Source: Camelus ferus
Taxonomy: Eukaryota
Assembly (NCBI RefSeq): GCF_009834535.1
Contig: NC_045696.1
Location: forward strand, 13,580,001 to 13,644,000
Direction: 5' to 3'
DNA length: 64,000 nt
This document shows, one piece after another, positions 12,091 to 25,163 of the stretch. Both the position numbers and the translations under genes were made by a program. Position 1 is the first letter of the stretch, and each line of letters opens with the position of its first letter. Under the pieces are notes generated by a model that searched no databases, had not been told where the DNA came from, and saw only the letters and a program-made list of their open reading frames with translations.

Positions 12091-14910
12091 AGGGAATTTT
12101 AAGTAGGGAGAGAAGTGGTATCCTTTTTTTTGTTCTCCACAGTCGCTGCTCCTCAGTAGGATTCTGAGGAAGGAATCCTCAGATCTGAGATGCTCAAAAT
12201 GAGCTTAAATTCTAATTCTTGGCACAGCTGGGAAATGACATAGGAATTAAAATGAGAAATAATAAAAGCTCAATATCCACTTATGTGGGGTTCGCGAGTA
12301 CTACACTTGCCCTATGTCACTTGAGGTACATTATATAGGCATGAAAAAGATGCTGTATGTCTTTTCCCGCTTTCATGTTCCACACTCATCCTTTCTGTGT
12401 TGGGACTTGCCCTCTCCTCTCTGCCCTTTGTACCCGTTTTTACTCACTAGATGCACATCACATCTTTAAACTCTTTCACTTTTCACTGAGCTCAAATGTA
12501 TGAAAAATATTTCAAGGAAAAAAATCATTTTTTAAATCACTTCAATTTAAAAAAAAATTACTAAAAGCCAACTTCCCTGACTGTGTAAGGTATTATCGTG
12601 GGCAATAAGGTTTGAGGGGACTTAGAGTTTTCTAAGAAGTAGTAAAAATGCACAGGAAGAGCATTGCCAGAAAGGCAGGTACTTTTCCTCTCTGCTTACC
12701 TCACAGTTCCAGTCAGCTCGCTAAGTCACAGCCTCCTCTGGACCACAGGATGACCTCATCATCACCTAGAATGCTAATGTCCCATTCTCCTTTATAAACT
12801 TTAAAGGAACAGAACTTCACGCGGGCAAAAGATAATGGAAGAAATTAAGTTAAAGAAAAAAAAAGGAAGCCATTTTCTTAAGTGACAAAAATGACAGCAG
12901 ATTTGCAGAAAGCATTTAGTGTTTCAAACCTTATAGACTCTTGTCTAAGCCAATACCAAAATAAAGACAGCTCTCGTAGGCTTCACGTCATGTCATTTCT
13001 CTACGAAACTTAGCAAATTGCTTGCTTTGCACTTATATCAGGAATGGAGAGAAAATTTTTTTAAAAAATGTATTAAGGGAGACAGTTGAATGCTGGGGTA
13101 GAATACAAAATTTCAAGTTTAATTGGAAGGTCAGAGAGAAGGAAAGAAACAAATAAGCCAAAATGCACACTTACTGAGCTGCACTATCTTACAGACATCA
13201 TCAGTTCAGCCCAGGTTTCCATTAAGGTAAAATAAAACACATTGATTAAATTAATTAGAACGCTTGAGATGTTATGCTAAACATCTATGAAGGACCAAAG
13301 CATAAAAAATATACGAAACTGAAATTCTTGTAGCCGAGCTGTAAATTTTTTTTTCAGTACCCACAAGGGAGTATTTGTAACAAGATGTCAGAAGAACCAG
13401 TTCAAGTAAATAGAAATTCAATTAAGAAAGTAAAGAATCAAACATTCTCAGAGAAGCAGAAAAACAAGAATGCATATAGCGGTGTTCAGTGAGGCCTCTC
13501 CTCTCATCAAAGCAATTGGTTCACTGTCCCCATAGTATTCTATACCCTTGCCGTCCGCAGAATACCTTGTTCACACCACCAAACACTGAGCATCAGACCT
13601 TGTCCATTGCTGTTTTGGATCCGTGAGCACTTTCATTTTAAAATGACTAGTAGTGATCTGCAAATTCTATCTCAACTTATTCTTAAGATATCCATAAAAA
13701 GTTCTTTCTCCTTACTTGCCAAACGCCACCACCAACTAGGACTGTACATTAACCCATTGCCAGAATTTTGAAAGGATTTCAATGTGCTTAATAGTAATAG
13801 ATTACCCAATTAATTAAGAGTAATGGGAGTGAATGTAAAATATCAAGTGGACCGTACTCATTCTAATCCCCCTCCCCCAGTCTCTCCTTTGGATTAGAAA
13901 ATTGGATAGTAAACCACAGCCTTCTGGTTCTGTGTTCTGAGTCAACCAGAGCATTTCTTCTGTTGCCTCACCAGAGCACCTTTCTCCATGCACACAGCAC
14001 GTTCTAGTAATTGTCTGAGCCAGAAATAAGGATTAGATGTTGGGAGAAAAAGGGTGACTGCAACAGAATAGAAGCTATCACTCTGAAAAGTAAGGGCTTG
14101 TTGGTGGGCATGGAGTAGAAAAAGTGCAATCAACAATGCAGTCAGAATTGTGTAGTTTTACAAATACTCATATTAGAAACCACTTCAGCTAAATGGATTC
14201 ATATTAGATAAAAGCTAAGTAGACAGTGGGAAGTATGAATACAGATTCACATTCAAATAGAGTGGTGTCCATGCAAACCACACCTCCTGTTTGCTGGCAA
14301 GCATTCGTATCACTAAATCTCCCTTTTCCTTGATAACTAGTGAACATGTGAAATAATTTTGAAGTAAGATCTGTGTCATTCTGAGTTGAAGCCTAAGAAA
14401 CAGTGTAACAGAACAAGTGAAAATGCTGGATCTTTAAAGGAAGGACACATTTGACATTTTCAATAAGATGTGGAGAAATAGGTGGGATGAGTCTACAGGC
14501 TTGACATTCGTGCTCTAAGACCAAAAGCAGTAGAGTTTGAGAATGACACTCCTGCTGTTAGTGTTCTTTACAAGAATTCCACACAAGACAAAGGCAAGCA
14601 TTCCATGCAAAACAGACCAGGACAAGAGCTCAAGCCAGACTCCAGAAAGAGCTCTGCTAATCCTGTGAGGCATCTGTTGGCTGCACACACAGTTTGCAGG
14701 AGCCTTTGGGCTTAGGGAAGGGGGAGGACAAAGAAAGTGTCTCTGGACAATGAATTGACTCGATTTGCCACATTGGCAATGTCACCATACAGCTGGAGGC
14801 CAAACAGGAAGTCAAGCAGAGCCCAAAGAGAAGGAATACAAATTAAAAAATCTCTAGCTAAAAATAATCTCAAAGACAAAGAAAACCTATCACTAAGCAT
14901 GGCAGCCAAA

Positions 14911-15540
14911 TATATCCCAGAGAGAACTCTAATTCAAAAAGATACGTGCACCCCAATGTTCAGAGCAGCACTATTTACAATAGCCAAGACATGGAAACAA
15001 CTTAAATGTCCACCAGCAGATGACTGGATAAAGAAGATGTGGTCTACAATGGAATACTACTCAGCCATAAAAAATAAGAAAATAATGCCATTTGCAGCAA
15101 TATAGATGGACCTGGAGATTGTAATTCCAAGTGAAATAAGCCAGAAAGAGAAGGAAAAATACCATATATCACTTATATGTGAAATCTAAAAAAATGATAC
15201 AAATGAACTTATTTACAAAATAAACAGACTCACAGATATAGAGAACAAACTTGTGGTTCCAGGGAAGAAAGGGAGGAGTGGAGGGGTAAATTGGGAATTT
15301 GGGATTTGCAGCTACTAACTACTATATATAAAATAGATAAACAGCAAGGTCCTAGTGTATGACACATATTTAATACCTTGAAATAGCTTATAATGAAAAA
15401 GAATATGAAAAGAAATATATATATATGTATATACATATATATGTATAATTAAATCACTGTACATGAGTAATTAACATAACTTTGTACACTGACTATACTT
15501 CAATTTAAAAAGTTAAAAATGAATAAATAAGTAAATAAAA
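14911..15540 (+). mobile_element. L1 3' end fragment (ORF2 tail + 3' UTR + A-rich tail)
   Basis: [23 protein letters not shown] translation; laurasiatherian-type 3' UTR; A-rich end. Confidence 0.92.
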
Positions 15541-15544
15541 GATA

Positions 15545-15715
15545 CTGCATGGTGGAATAAAAAGAACATGGACTTTATAAACTGTTATAGATTTACTCTT
15601 AACTGCTACTTACTTTCTAAATGAACTTGGACAAGTTACCTAACTTCTCTGTGCTTCTTTAAATAATTCCTGCTGTGAAGGATTGTTGTGAAGATTAAAT
15701 ATGATCCATCCATCT
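15545..15715 (+). mobile_element. MIR SINE
   Basis: GCATGGTGGAA...GAACTTGGACAAGTTACCTAACTTCTCTGTGC...GGATTGTTGTGAAGATTAAAT. Confidence 0.75.
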
Positions 15716-16234
15716 GTTTACAAATATATAGAGAGGCTCTATTGCACATCAGCCACTGTAGTGGTACTAAGAAATATAATGGTGAGGAAGGCATTAAAAA
15801 AATGGCAGCCAACAAAATGAAGAATCACAATATGAATTCACTCAACATAAAATTGGTTTTCTGGGAACTGACTGACATAGACTTTCAAATAAGTACATTT
15901 AAGATCCTTAATGAAGGAAAAATTGTATTATAAGTGAACAAGAAAATATGAAGAAGAATAGATATGAAACAAGTACATATCAGCATTAAAAAGAATCATT
16001 TAAAATTGTCAACAAAATAAAAAGGTTTATTGAACAACTGAAAAAAAAATGGAGAATAAATTTAGAGTTTCCAAGATACGCAAGAGAAATTCCAGAAAAA
16101 GAATGGAGGGAGTGGCCAGGAGCCTAGACTTTGTTTTTTATTTTTGAAATGAAGAAGCACTAGAATCCTCAGATGTAATTGCTGCTGCAGGTATCGAGCA
16201 ACAAAAACAAACAAACAAACAAAACAAAAACAAA

Positions 16235-16378
16235 AGTATATTACCTCATGGGCAAGAAGGTTTAAAATAATAAAAAGGGCAAGTCTTCCCAAAAGTATCT
16301 TGAGATTGAATATAATTCCAACTGAAATCCCAACCAGATTTTTTCATGGAACTTGATGAGATGATTCTAAAACTCTTG
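16235..16378 (+). mobile_element. Ancient L1 ORF2 fragment
   Basis: CTCATGG...CTTCCCAAA...AATCCCAAC...TTTTTCATGGAACTTGA...ATTCTAAAA resembles ORF2. Confidence 0.6.
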
Positions 16379-16805
16379 AGGGCTGAATCTTACCATTATT
16401 AACTTGTTTACACTAGGAGCAGTATTTCCCAGTAGCCCTTCCCTGTGCGGTTCCGTGTTTGGGCTGGCCAAAAGATAAACTTGTGCAAAATTTGGGAGAC
16501 AGAAGTAAGCCCACAGCCATTACTTTCTGAAGGTCACGGTGATTGGATGTGGTGCTAGACAGACACAGAAGTGCGTGTCCTCATTCTCCTAGACTGCATC
16601 TCACGCTTTGGTTTTCTGGCTGGTAGTCCTGGTGCCCAGATGTGATGCTGGGTCCATCACAGGGTCTTCAACATGGACCCAAAGAGCTGACAACTTCCTG
16701 TAGAATTTTCTTCTAGCTTCCTCTTTGCATTCCAATTTTGGAAGCTAGATTTGCTTCCTTCCAGACAGATGGACAGGAAATTTCTCTCATTCTTCAGTTT
16801 CCCCT

Positions 16806-17210
16806 ATTTCAGTTATCTACTGCTGCTTAACTAGTTATTCCTAAAGGACAGTTTTATTTTGCTTACGTTGTGTGGGTAAGGAATTCAAGAAGGGCTTAGC
16901 TCCACTGCTTTGCTGTCGTTTTCATGGTGTTTTCTGGAGTATCCAGGGCTGGAGAACCCACCTTCAAGGTAGTGTTAATTACTCACATGTCTGGTGTGCT
17001 AGTCTCCTTGGCTTCGATCTTTATCTACACGTCAACTCATCTTCTGAGGACCCTCTGTGTGGCTTGGCTTCTCCTGGCATGACTGTTTCATGGCAGACAG
17101 AGCAGCTGAATTCGAAAAAGCAGAAAACAGAAGCTACCAAGCTGTTTCAGTTCCTTCCACATTTTCCCTTACAGGCATTTCCCTTAATAAGGCCTCGCAT
17201 GCTTCACCCT
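16806..17210 (-). mobile_element. MaLR MLT1-type LTR
   Basis: TCAGTTATCTACTGCTGC...GTGGGTAAGGAATTC...GGCTTAGCT...CCTTCAAGGTAG pattern. Confidence 0.65.
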
Positions 17211-17259
17211 GTCTCGGTGTCTGCTTCAGGAAGGTCCAAGACTATCATATTTTCACTAT

Positions 17260-17607
17260 GTCAATAAATTCAACAATTTCGATAAAATGGAGCTACTCTC
17301 TGAAACACACAAGCAAACCAAATGAAAAACATAGATAACTTGAATAACCTTAAAGGAAATAAAAAAAAGTTAAATCCATAGTTAAAAATTTCCAAAGGAA
17401 ATACAGACATAGATGAATTCACTGGTTGTAAATCATACTGATTCACACACAGGAGGAGAGAGCAAGTCCCAGCTCACTTTATAAGGCCAGCAGTATTCTT
17501 TTACCAAAAACAGACAAAACCAGACCAATTCCAATGAACATATACATAAAAGTTCTTAACAAACTTTCAGCAAATAGAACCCAGAAACATATAAGAAGAA
17601 TGATACC
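17260..17607 (+). mobile_element. Ancient L1 ORF2 fragment
   Basis: GATGAATTCACTGG...AAGGCCAGC...TACCAAAAACAGACAAA...AGCAAATAGAACCCAG (degenerate RT N-terminal region). Confidence 0.7.
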
Positions 17608-17730
17608 TGTGATGGTTAACTTCATGTGTCAACTTGACCACACCATGAGATGTCCAGATATTCGGTCAAACATTATTCTGGGTGTTTCTGCGAAGGTGTT
17701 TTTGAATGAAGTTAACGTTTAAATTGATCA
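17608..17730 (+). mobile_element. MLT2 (ERVL) LTR 5' fragment
   Basis: TGTGATGGTTAACTTCATGTGTCAACTTGAC...CAGATATTCGGTCAAACATTATTCTGGGTG. Confidence 0.85.
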
Positions 17731-19584
17731 GCTGTTTGTTGACTATCAAATTCATTGGTTCTTCTTTGCTTCTTTTAATTAAGAACACAGTAAACTTTCA
17801 ATAAGAAGGGAAAAAAATTAAGACAGTAAGTTTCACTTATGTTTTTCAATAGAGGTGAGTAATGTGAAAAATAAAACATCCTCACTCATAATAATTTTAA
17901 TATTGTTGAAATCAGTGCTCATTCTCTCCGTTGAGATATAAATTCTGATAAAAATAATGACCCACTTCTTTGAGGTATTATTTCTTTGTCTCTTCTCCAG
18001 AATGTGGTACTCTGGACACTTGTGAATTTAATTTCATGGTTCTGCAGTCCCTTCAAATTAGTTTCTGAGTTTGAACCACTTGCTTTTAAAACAATGTTTC
18101 GAGTATTACCTCCTTTTGTAATTGTGATGTATCTCCTAATTTGACTCCTTAGAAATTTTTAGAAGCATAAGATTAAAGAGAGACCATCAATTCATCAAAA
18201 TCAGCATTTGGATCAGTATTGATTGATGGCAATTCTGCAATTGTTGACATCACTGAAAATGTTTTGCATGAAAGGGAAGACTTTCAAATGAATATATAAA
18301 ACCACTTGGTCTAATTGTTTTGTATTTCATCAGGTGCCCCACTCTGTGGATAACCCACCTTATATTTCCACTGGTTCCAAGAATCAGTCAGACCTGACAT
18401 GTTTCAGAGAAGTTTCTTCTCTCCTGAAATCATCGTAGTTGTGACACACAGGATGGTAGTGAACATGGACCATCCCTACAGTGGACAGCTCCCTTATTTG
18501 GATAATTTTTTTCATATACTTGAATTACACTATGTGCTCCTAAGTGGTAGAGATGATGTTTAGGTATCAGCAATATGCCATGTGGGGTTTTTTTGTTTTT
18601 GTTTTTGTATTTTTTTCTTCCATATAACTGTAATAGTCTTTTGTCAAATATATTTTTCATCATTGGACATAAAAACTATGTCTTTAATTTTTCCCATTGG
18701 ATGTAAAAGTTTATGATGTGCACAATAATGTGATATTGATATAAGATTTTGTGTTTTACAAAGATAATTTGAAATCACTATTATACATATGTCACTCAAT
18801 GCTTCAACTGTTTTCATTTACAACTAATTTAAATATAGAAATTTCATGATATTACCTGACTTCTCAGAAGAAACCTTATGTATCTAAAATTAAAACACCA
18901 ACTTGCTCACCTGTTTAAGGATTTATTCATTTTTCTCTTATGATTTTGATTTCCAAAAAGTTACCTGACATGTATATCAATACGTTTGTTACTGTCATTT
19001 TCTGTTCTTATTTGAACACAGGCAATTTAAACTGCTCAAATTTCAGTAACGTATTCTTCTGTAAAACAGTGCCTGTAATCTATTTTTATATCTCAAGAAA
19101 ACATAAACTCATTGCAACCTTTTGTCACTCTGAAGTTGTTCTTCTGCTACGTGTGAAATTGAGTCTAAGTTTTGTGAAAGATTCAATTTAACATTGAATA
19201 TTTATGAAACACACAAACTCCATATTTATGATAAGCATATTCATTCAGATCAAAGAGAAGCTAGACAAGAATTTATAGCGATGTGCAATGATCACATTTG
19301 TCAAGGTCTGAAAGACCAGTGGTAAGGTTGCTATTGGTGTTTGAAGTTCAACTCTCAATCTAGTACCAGAAAACTGAAATTTCTTCTAGAAACTATTACA
19401 CATTTTCACTTCATTTTTTCACCTCATTTTTTCCATATAATGTAATTAGCCAGAAGCCTGTAGCATGGTGGGGCAAATAGACTCCATGGAAATCACTCTC
19501 TTCTGCCAAAAAGTAGACCAGGCTACTTCTTTCTAGGAACAGGGTCAGATTTTTGAAATAAATACTTAAAAATATTGATTCTAA

Positions 19585-19751
19585 ACCATTTCTGTGCTGG
19601 GCTGTTTCCTTTGGCTAACAAGAGTGGCTGTGCACACCTTTCAAGTCCATGTTTGCTGTCACCATGTTGGTAGCTTGAAATCAGTCATGGTGGGAAGGCT
19701 GAACTCAGAAACATTATGAGCCATGGTTTTTTAAAACACAAGCACGCCACT
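19585..19751. mobile_element. MER63-like hAT-Blackjack MITE
   Basis: TGTGCTGG...GTTGGTAGCTTGAAATCAGTCATGGTGGGA...AGCACGCCACTG. Confidence 0.7.
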
Positions 19752-22700
19752 GTCCTGATTCAAACTTCTAAGGCTAATTATCAAAGTTGGATCATTCATG
19801 AAAAGTATAGAGTTTGTAAGTGATTGATTACACAAAGCAAGTACCGCCAATTTTATAAAGAGAAATCATATGTGTTCATAGAGAATTAGCTCTTTGCCTT
19901 TAGAGATTGTATCACACACTTGTCCCTGTGGAGATTTGAGGAGTTGATTTTATATAGGGATTCGTATACGTCAGAATCGTTAAATGCCTTGTAGAGCAGG
20001 ATAGAGTTTAATGACTTTCCAGTAGAATGGACTGTATAATAGATTTCTGTAGTTAAATTTAAAAACTAAAAGAAAGAATACTAACCAAAGAAACTCCTTA
20101 CTAATGTCCAGGGAGTCACAGAAAGGTGGGTGGTAATTTAACTAGGACTCACTGATTTAAAAAAAAAAAAAATCACTTCTATAACCATATTTTTTTCTCT
20201 AATGGAAGTTTTTGAGCCCCGTCTTGTTCGCAAGCAAAAACTTTGCTTTCTAGTATCTGTAGTGTATACTAGCCGCTTTATGTTGCCTTTTAAAAAGACA
20301 AAACTGAGCCAGTGTGATGTTCACCAACAAGGCAAAAACATCATAGAAGAACAGAGATGTGATCTTTAGTTGACCACGCTTAAACTGCAATGGCATGGAA
20401 ACCACACTTTATTTCTTGCTAACTTTTAACACCATTTCCTTCACGTGCTAGACCAGGGATTGGCATTTTCTATAAAGAGTCAGTAAATATGCTAAGCTCT
20501 GCAAGTCTCATCGTGTCTTTGTCTCATGCATAATCTCCTGTTCTGCTTTTCTTTCCTTGTATTTTTCTGTCTTCTGTGTGTGTGTGTTTTCAGACCATAC
20601 AGTCTTACTTTGCTGGCAGGCTTTGCCCGGCTGTGGCTGTCTCTGTCTCATCAACTCCCTTGTGCCCATTTTCGCTCTCACGTGTACTCCCAACAACATT
20701 CTGTCAAACCTGCCCTGAGTTCTGTTCACTAATCCTGCTCTCATTGTCCTAGGTACCCATACTCTCCTCTCTTATAAACACCACACTTTCTCATAATTTC
20801 TTTTTCAAAATCACATATTATCTCTTCTGCTCTTAATACTTCTTTTACTGCTTCTTAAATTTTTTTTTCTATTTCTCTGCCACCCTCTTTTTTAGATATT
20901 AGATATTTTAGATACTATAAAATATCCTAAATATCTTAATTTCTATTAGTGCTTTATTCTCATTTATTTTGTGTAAAGTGTATTATTTATTTCTTTTCCT
21001 TCTTTCTCTCTTTTTAATCTTTGCTCTTTCTTGACTTTCTTTTTATTATTTTTCTCACTTCCTGTGACAGTAGATCTTGTTTTTGCTGCCTTTATCCTGT
21101 TCTTTATTTTTGTTAATTTTCACATGTTATGCAATATATTTGCTGACCGCTACGCTACAGTTCTTTCAAAAGTAAAGTAAGAGAGAAATTCCTGGTAAAA
21201 ACTTCATATACTGTCAGTGCTTTGAACCTGATAAATTTCATTATTTATACCTTTCCAGTTGTTCAAAGAAAATGCATAAACAACCTTATCTAATTGCTTC
21301 CCTCTTTGCCCTAAGTGGCATTTTTTTTTTTGTCTTATGAGCATCTATGAGAAATTTGATAAATGTTTTGCAAATTGTATAAAGAAAAACTAGAGATGAA
21401 AATCTGCTGTTTAACACTTAGATTTTTCCTTTGGAGATATTTTCCTGGAAAGTTTTTCGTATTTATTTTAAGGGGAGAGTATGATAAAACAAATAAAGGC
21501 CGTTTAACAAAAAACAGGAAAAAAAACCACAATGATCTTTCTACATTAATTTAAAGAAATAAAAAGCAACTGTAATAAAAAGAAACTGTAATTTTGAAAA
21601 CCTGAATATTCAGTATATGTTAAAATTTTCCACATTATTCTGGATAGATTGATTCAGATTAAAACAATGTTATATAATATTCTCATAATTGTTTTAAAAC
21701 CTTCCTAAGGAGGTCAGAAACATTTTATTGATTTATATATTTATTTTTCCATTTTCTACTTATTATTTGTACATATGCCTTTACTATGATTTCTTTAGTT
21801 AATGCATCCCTCCAATCTGAATGAGTTTTTACTAAATAAATCAACTTGGCTTTGCTTCATAGACATTACCTTAAGCTAATTCCAGCAATTCAACACCACT
21901 CTTTATGAAGTACTTTCAAGCAGGAATCCATTATGTTATCAGAATGCCCTTTGAAATTTTTTTAAAGTTTGTAAAAAGTAGCCATGTTACCTTTCTTTCC
22001 TTTCCAGGTCTTTCAGGAAGCTTTCAGTCCCATATATTGTAAGAACTAATGAGGACATAAAAAGTATTGAAGAACTGACTGATTTTCAACACAGCAGTTT
22101 ATTGGTCAAGATATGAACTGGATTTTAAACTCAGATGATGAATATACAAATAAAACTTCTGTTATTTTGTCAGAGGAGTTGATACGAAATCTTTGTTAAA
22201 CACCTTACATGATAAATCTCCAAGTGACACATATCCTCTCAAATAAATTCTGGAACTGAAAGACCAAATTCTCTTTCCTCTAGTAACTATATAGAAGTGC
22301 ATATTTCAACTTTTCTCAACTGTTTTTATGTAAGGGAACTCTTCTGGATATTATAAAGGCCATATGTTATAAAATGGCTACTTCAAAGTAGATTAATAGA
22401 TTATGTAATGCACAGGTCTAAATCACATTGATTTTAATTATTTTAACTTAATAAAGATATCTTGTTTTAATATTTTAATATTTCCTATTAAAATTAGATT
22501 TTGATTTATATTTGCTTGTTTTATAGTTAAAATGCTTTAAAATAAGCAGTATGAAATAATTTTCTTAAATAACTTAATTTGTTTCAATCTTTTTTTAAGT
22601 AAATTTATCCAGAGTAATTTCCTAAGTCCCTTCTGAGTAAAGTTGTCTACTTAGGCTTATTTTGGATTTATAGAAAATTGCAGATGGAAACAAATTAAAA

Positions 22701-22864
22701 AGAGAAGATTAAAAGATTAAACTGGGGAAGGTCTGGAAAGAGGGGAGGATGAAGATATGATGATGGTAGTAATACTGTATGATATTAACACCAAGAGTCA
22801 GGGATATGAGTTTTGGAGATTATAGACGCTACTTGAGCACAAGATACTGTGTTCAGATCTCAGT

Positions 22865-23548
22865 AGAAATAGTTTGATGTAGTCCCACTTGTTTATCTTT
22901 GCTTTTGTTGCCTTTGCTTTTGTAGTCAGTTTCAAAAATTTATCACCAAGACCAATGTCAAGGAGCTTACTGCTTATGTTTCTTTCCAGGAGTTTTATGG
23001 TTTCAGGTCTTATATTCAAGTCTTTAATCAATTTTCAGTTAATTTTTATGTATGGTGTAAAATAGTAGTCTAGTTTCATTGTTTTGTATGTGTCTGTCCA
23101 GTTTCCCCAACACCATTTATTCAGAAGCCTATCCTTTCCCCATTCTATATTCTTGGCTCCTTTGTTGAAAATTAATTGGCCATTTATACATGGGCTTTTT
23201 CTGGCCTTTCTATTCTGTTCCATTGATCTATATATCTGTTTTTATGTCACTACCATACTGATTCAATTACTATAGCTTTGTGATACAGTTTGAAATGAGC
23301 ATGATGCCTCCAGCTTCATTCTTCTTTCTTAAGAGTGCTTCGGATATTCAGAGTCTTTTGTGGTCCTATACAAAATTCTCATCTCAAGAAAAAAAAGGAA
23401 ATTAATTTTTGTAACTATATATGGTGAGAGATGATAACTAGCCTTATTGTGGGGATCATTTCAAAGTGTATACAAATATCAAATCATTACATTGCATACC
23501 TGAAATTAATACAATGCTGTACATCAGTTATACCTCAATAATAAAAAA
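22865..23548. mobile_element. L1 with inverted 5' part: minus-strand ORF2 (22865-~23375) joined to plus-strand 3' UTR/poly(A) (~23376-23548)
   Basis: Minus-strand ORFs QLIFNKGAKNIEWGKD and IKDLNIRPETIKLLE; plus-strand TTGTAACTAT...ACAAATATCAAATCATTAC...TATACCTCAATAATAAAAAA. Confidence 0.85.
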
Positions 23549-24821
23549 GATACAAACCATTGACCATTATAAGGTGACATTAAATGAAATGCACATTGTG
23601 TAGTTTGCCATAGAGTTATCATTAAGATACCAACGCACTTCTATGTGTTTTCCCTCACAAGTTTTACTGAAATGCAACTTTACCATTACCCAAGAGTGCT
23701 ATTTTCCCTGGAAGAAGAATGGACCTTCTTATTAGTAATATCTACATTTTGTGCCATCTGACCACATACTCTTTTCATTCAGCATAAACGTAAATGTGAG
23801 CAATGGAATATAATATTAAATAATTCATACCCAGCACTTAAAGGAGAGTGCCATCAAAATGAGTGTCTTTATTATTTTTTTTCATGTAGAAAAAATAGAT
23901 AGGTAAAAAGAAACAAATGCAGCAATCATTTTATTCTACATAGACAATAAAGAGCTCACATTAATGTTATTTTAGACTTCTCCTGAGTTCCGTAAAGTAT
24001 GGTGCAAAATAAATCTTTAAGTTAGTGCTAACTCATGAGATTTTAATAACACTGAATTCCGATTATATGTATTTAGACAAAAAAAACCCTTAGTTTATTT
24101 TTATCATTTTTGGTTATTATTTATAATGAAAAATTATAATACTGTTCTCAGAACACATTACTATGACTTCTAGAATATTACTCTACTTGTAAAAAGAATG
24201 CATAAATGTCTACCATGTTAATTATTCACTAATAATGAGAACAAAATTATGGCTTGTTTAATGCAAGTTTTGAGTATCCATCATATACCTCTTCTTTCTA
24301 CTGCCAAACTTCCACAAGTGTACTTTGTACCTATGTCTGAATCTTTTAACCATCCACTTTTTTAAAAAATTTTCTTTTTTAGTGCCTTTTCATATTCCTA
24401 AATGTCAGCAGCTCATCCAATACTTGAGGCATTAAATTCCCATTTCTTACAATGGACAGTTATGGACTCTCTCAATATGACTAAAGGCAAATATTCTTCT
24501 TTTTCTTCTGTGGCATCTCTATGTGAAGGACTATGCATCCCCAATCTCATGTTTATTGAAGAGCCTTTGTCCACATTTCATGTGTTTATTCATGTCATTT
24601 CCTAGGTCTGGAAATGGTTCCATAGGGGATTCTGTTTCAACTCTACCCAGTGAAACAGGCCAGCTGGAGTCACACTGAACTCTGTCAGTCTTTTCATGTC
24701 GGTTCTGTTGTCTATAATGTCTGAAATCTAATCCATATTATCAATTCGAGTAGCCCGTGTTGCTTTGTGGAGTTAGTTAACTACTGTGCTATCAGGTGGG
24801 TATCTTTCAGTGTATTTCTGC

Positions 24822-25163
24822 AAGGGGTTACAAATCCAAATGTGACAGTTGGTGGGCAAGTCAGCCCAGTGCGAGCGCAGCATGTGTACCTCATAACCGT
24901 GGAGGCAGCTGTCATGACGTGCAGAAGGTACCACTCCAGTCAAGGAGGCAGCCCTTTCTCAGCTCCAGCCACTTGGTGCTCAATAGAGAAACAGGGCTCA
25001 TGATGCCAGATCTTTCTATTACAAATATATAAATAAATAAAATTTAAGAAATAAATTGGAACATTGAATTTTTATGTATTTTTTTTTAGAAGTTGGCTCA
25101 AAAGTTTAAAAAATATAGTATGAACTTCATTTAGCCACAGGTCACAGTGTGTATGCAAACTCT
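24822..25163 (+). mobile_element. MER102-like hAT-Charlie element
   Basis: AGGGGTTACAAATCCAAATG...GGCAGCC...CTCAGCTCCAGCC...TGCCAGATCTT...ATTTTTATGT...TGCAAACTCT. Confidence 0.7.
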
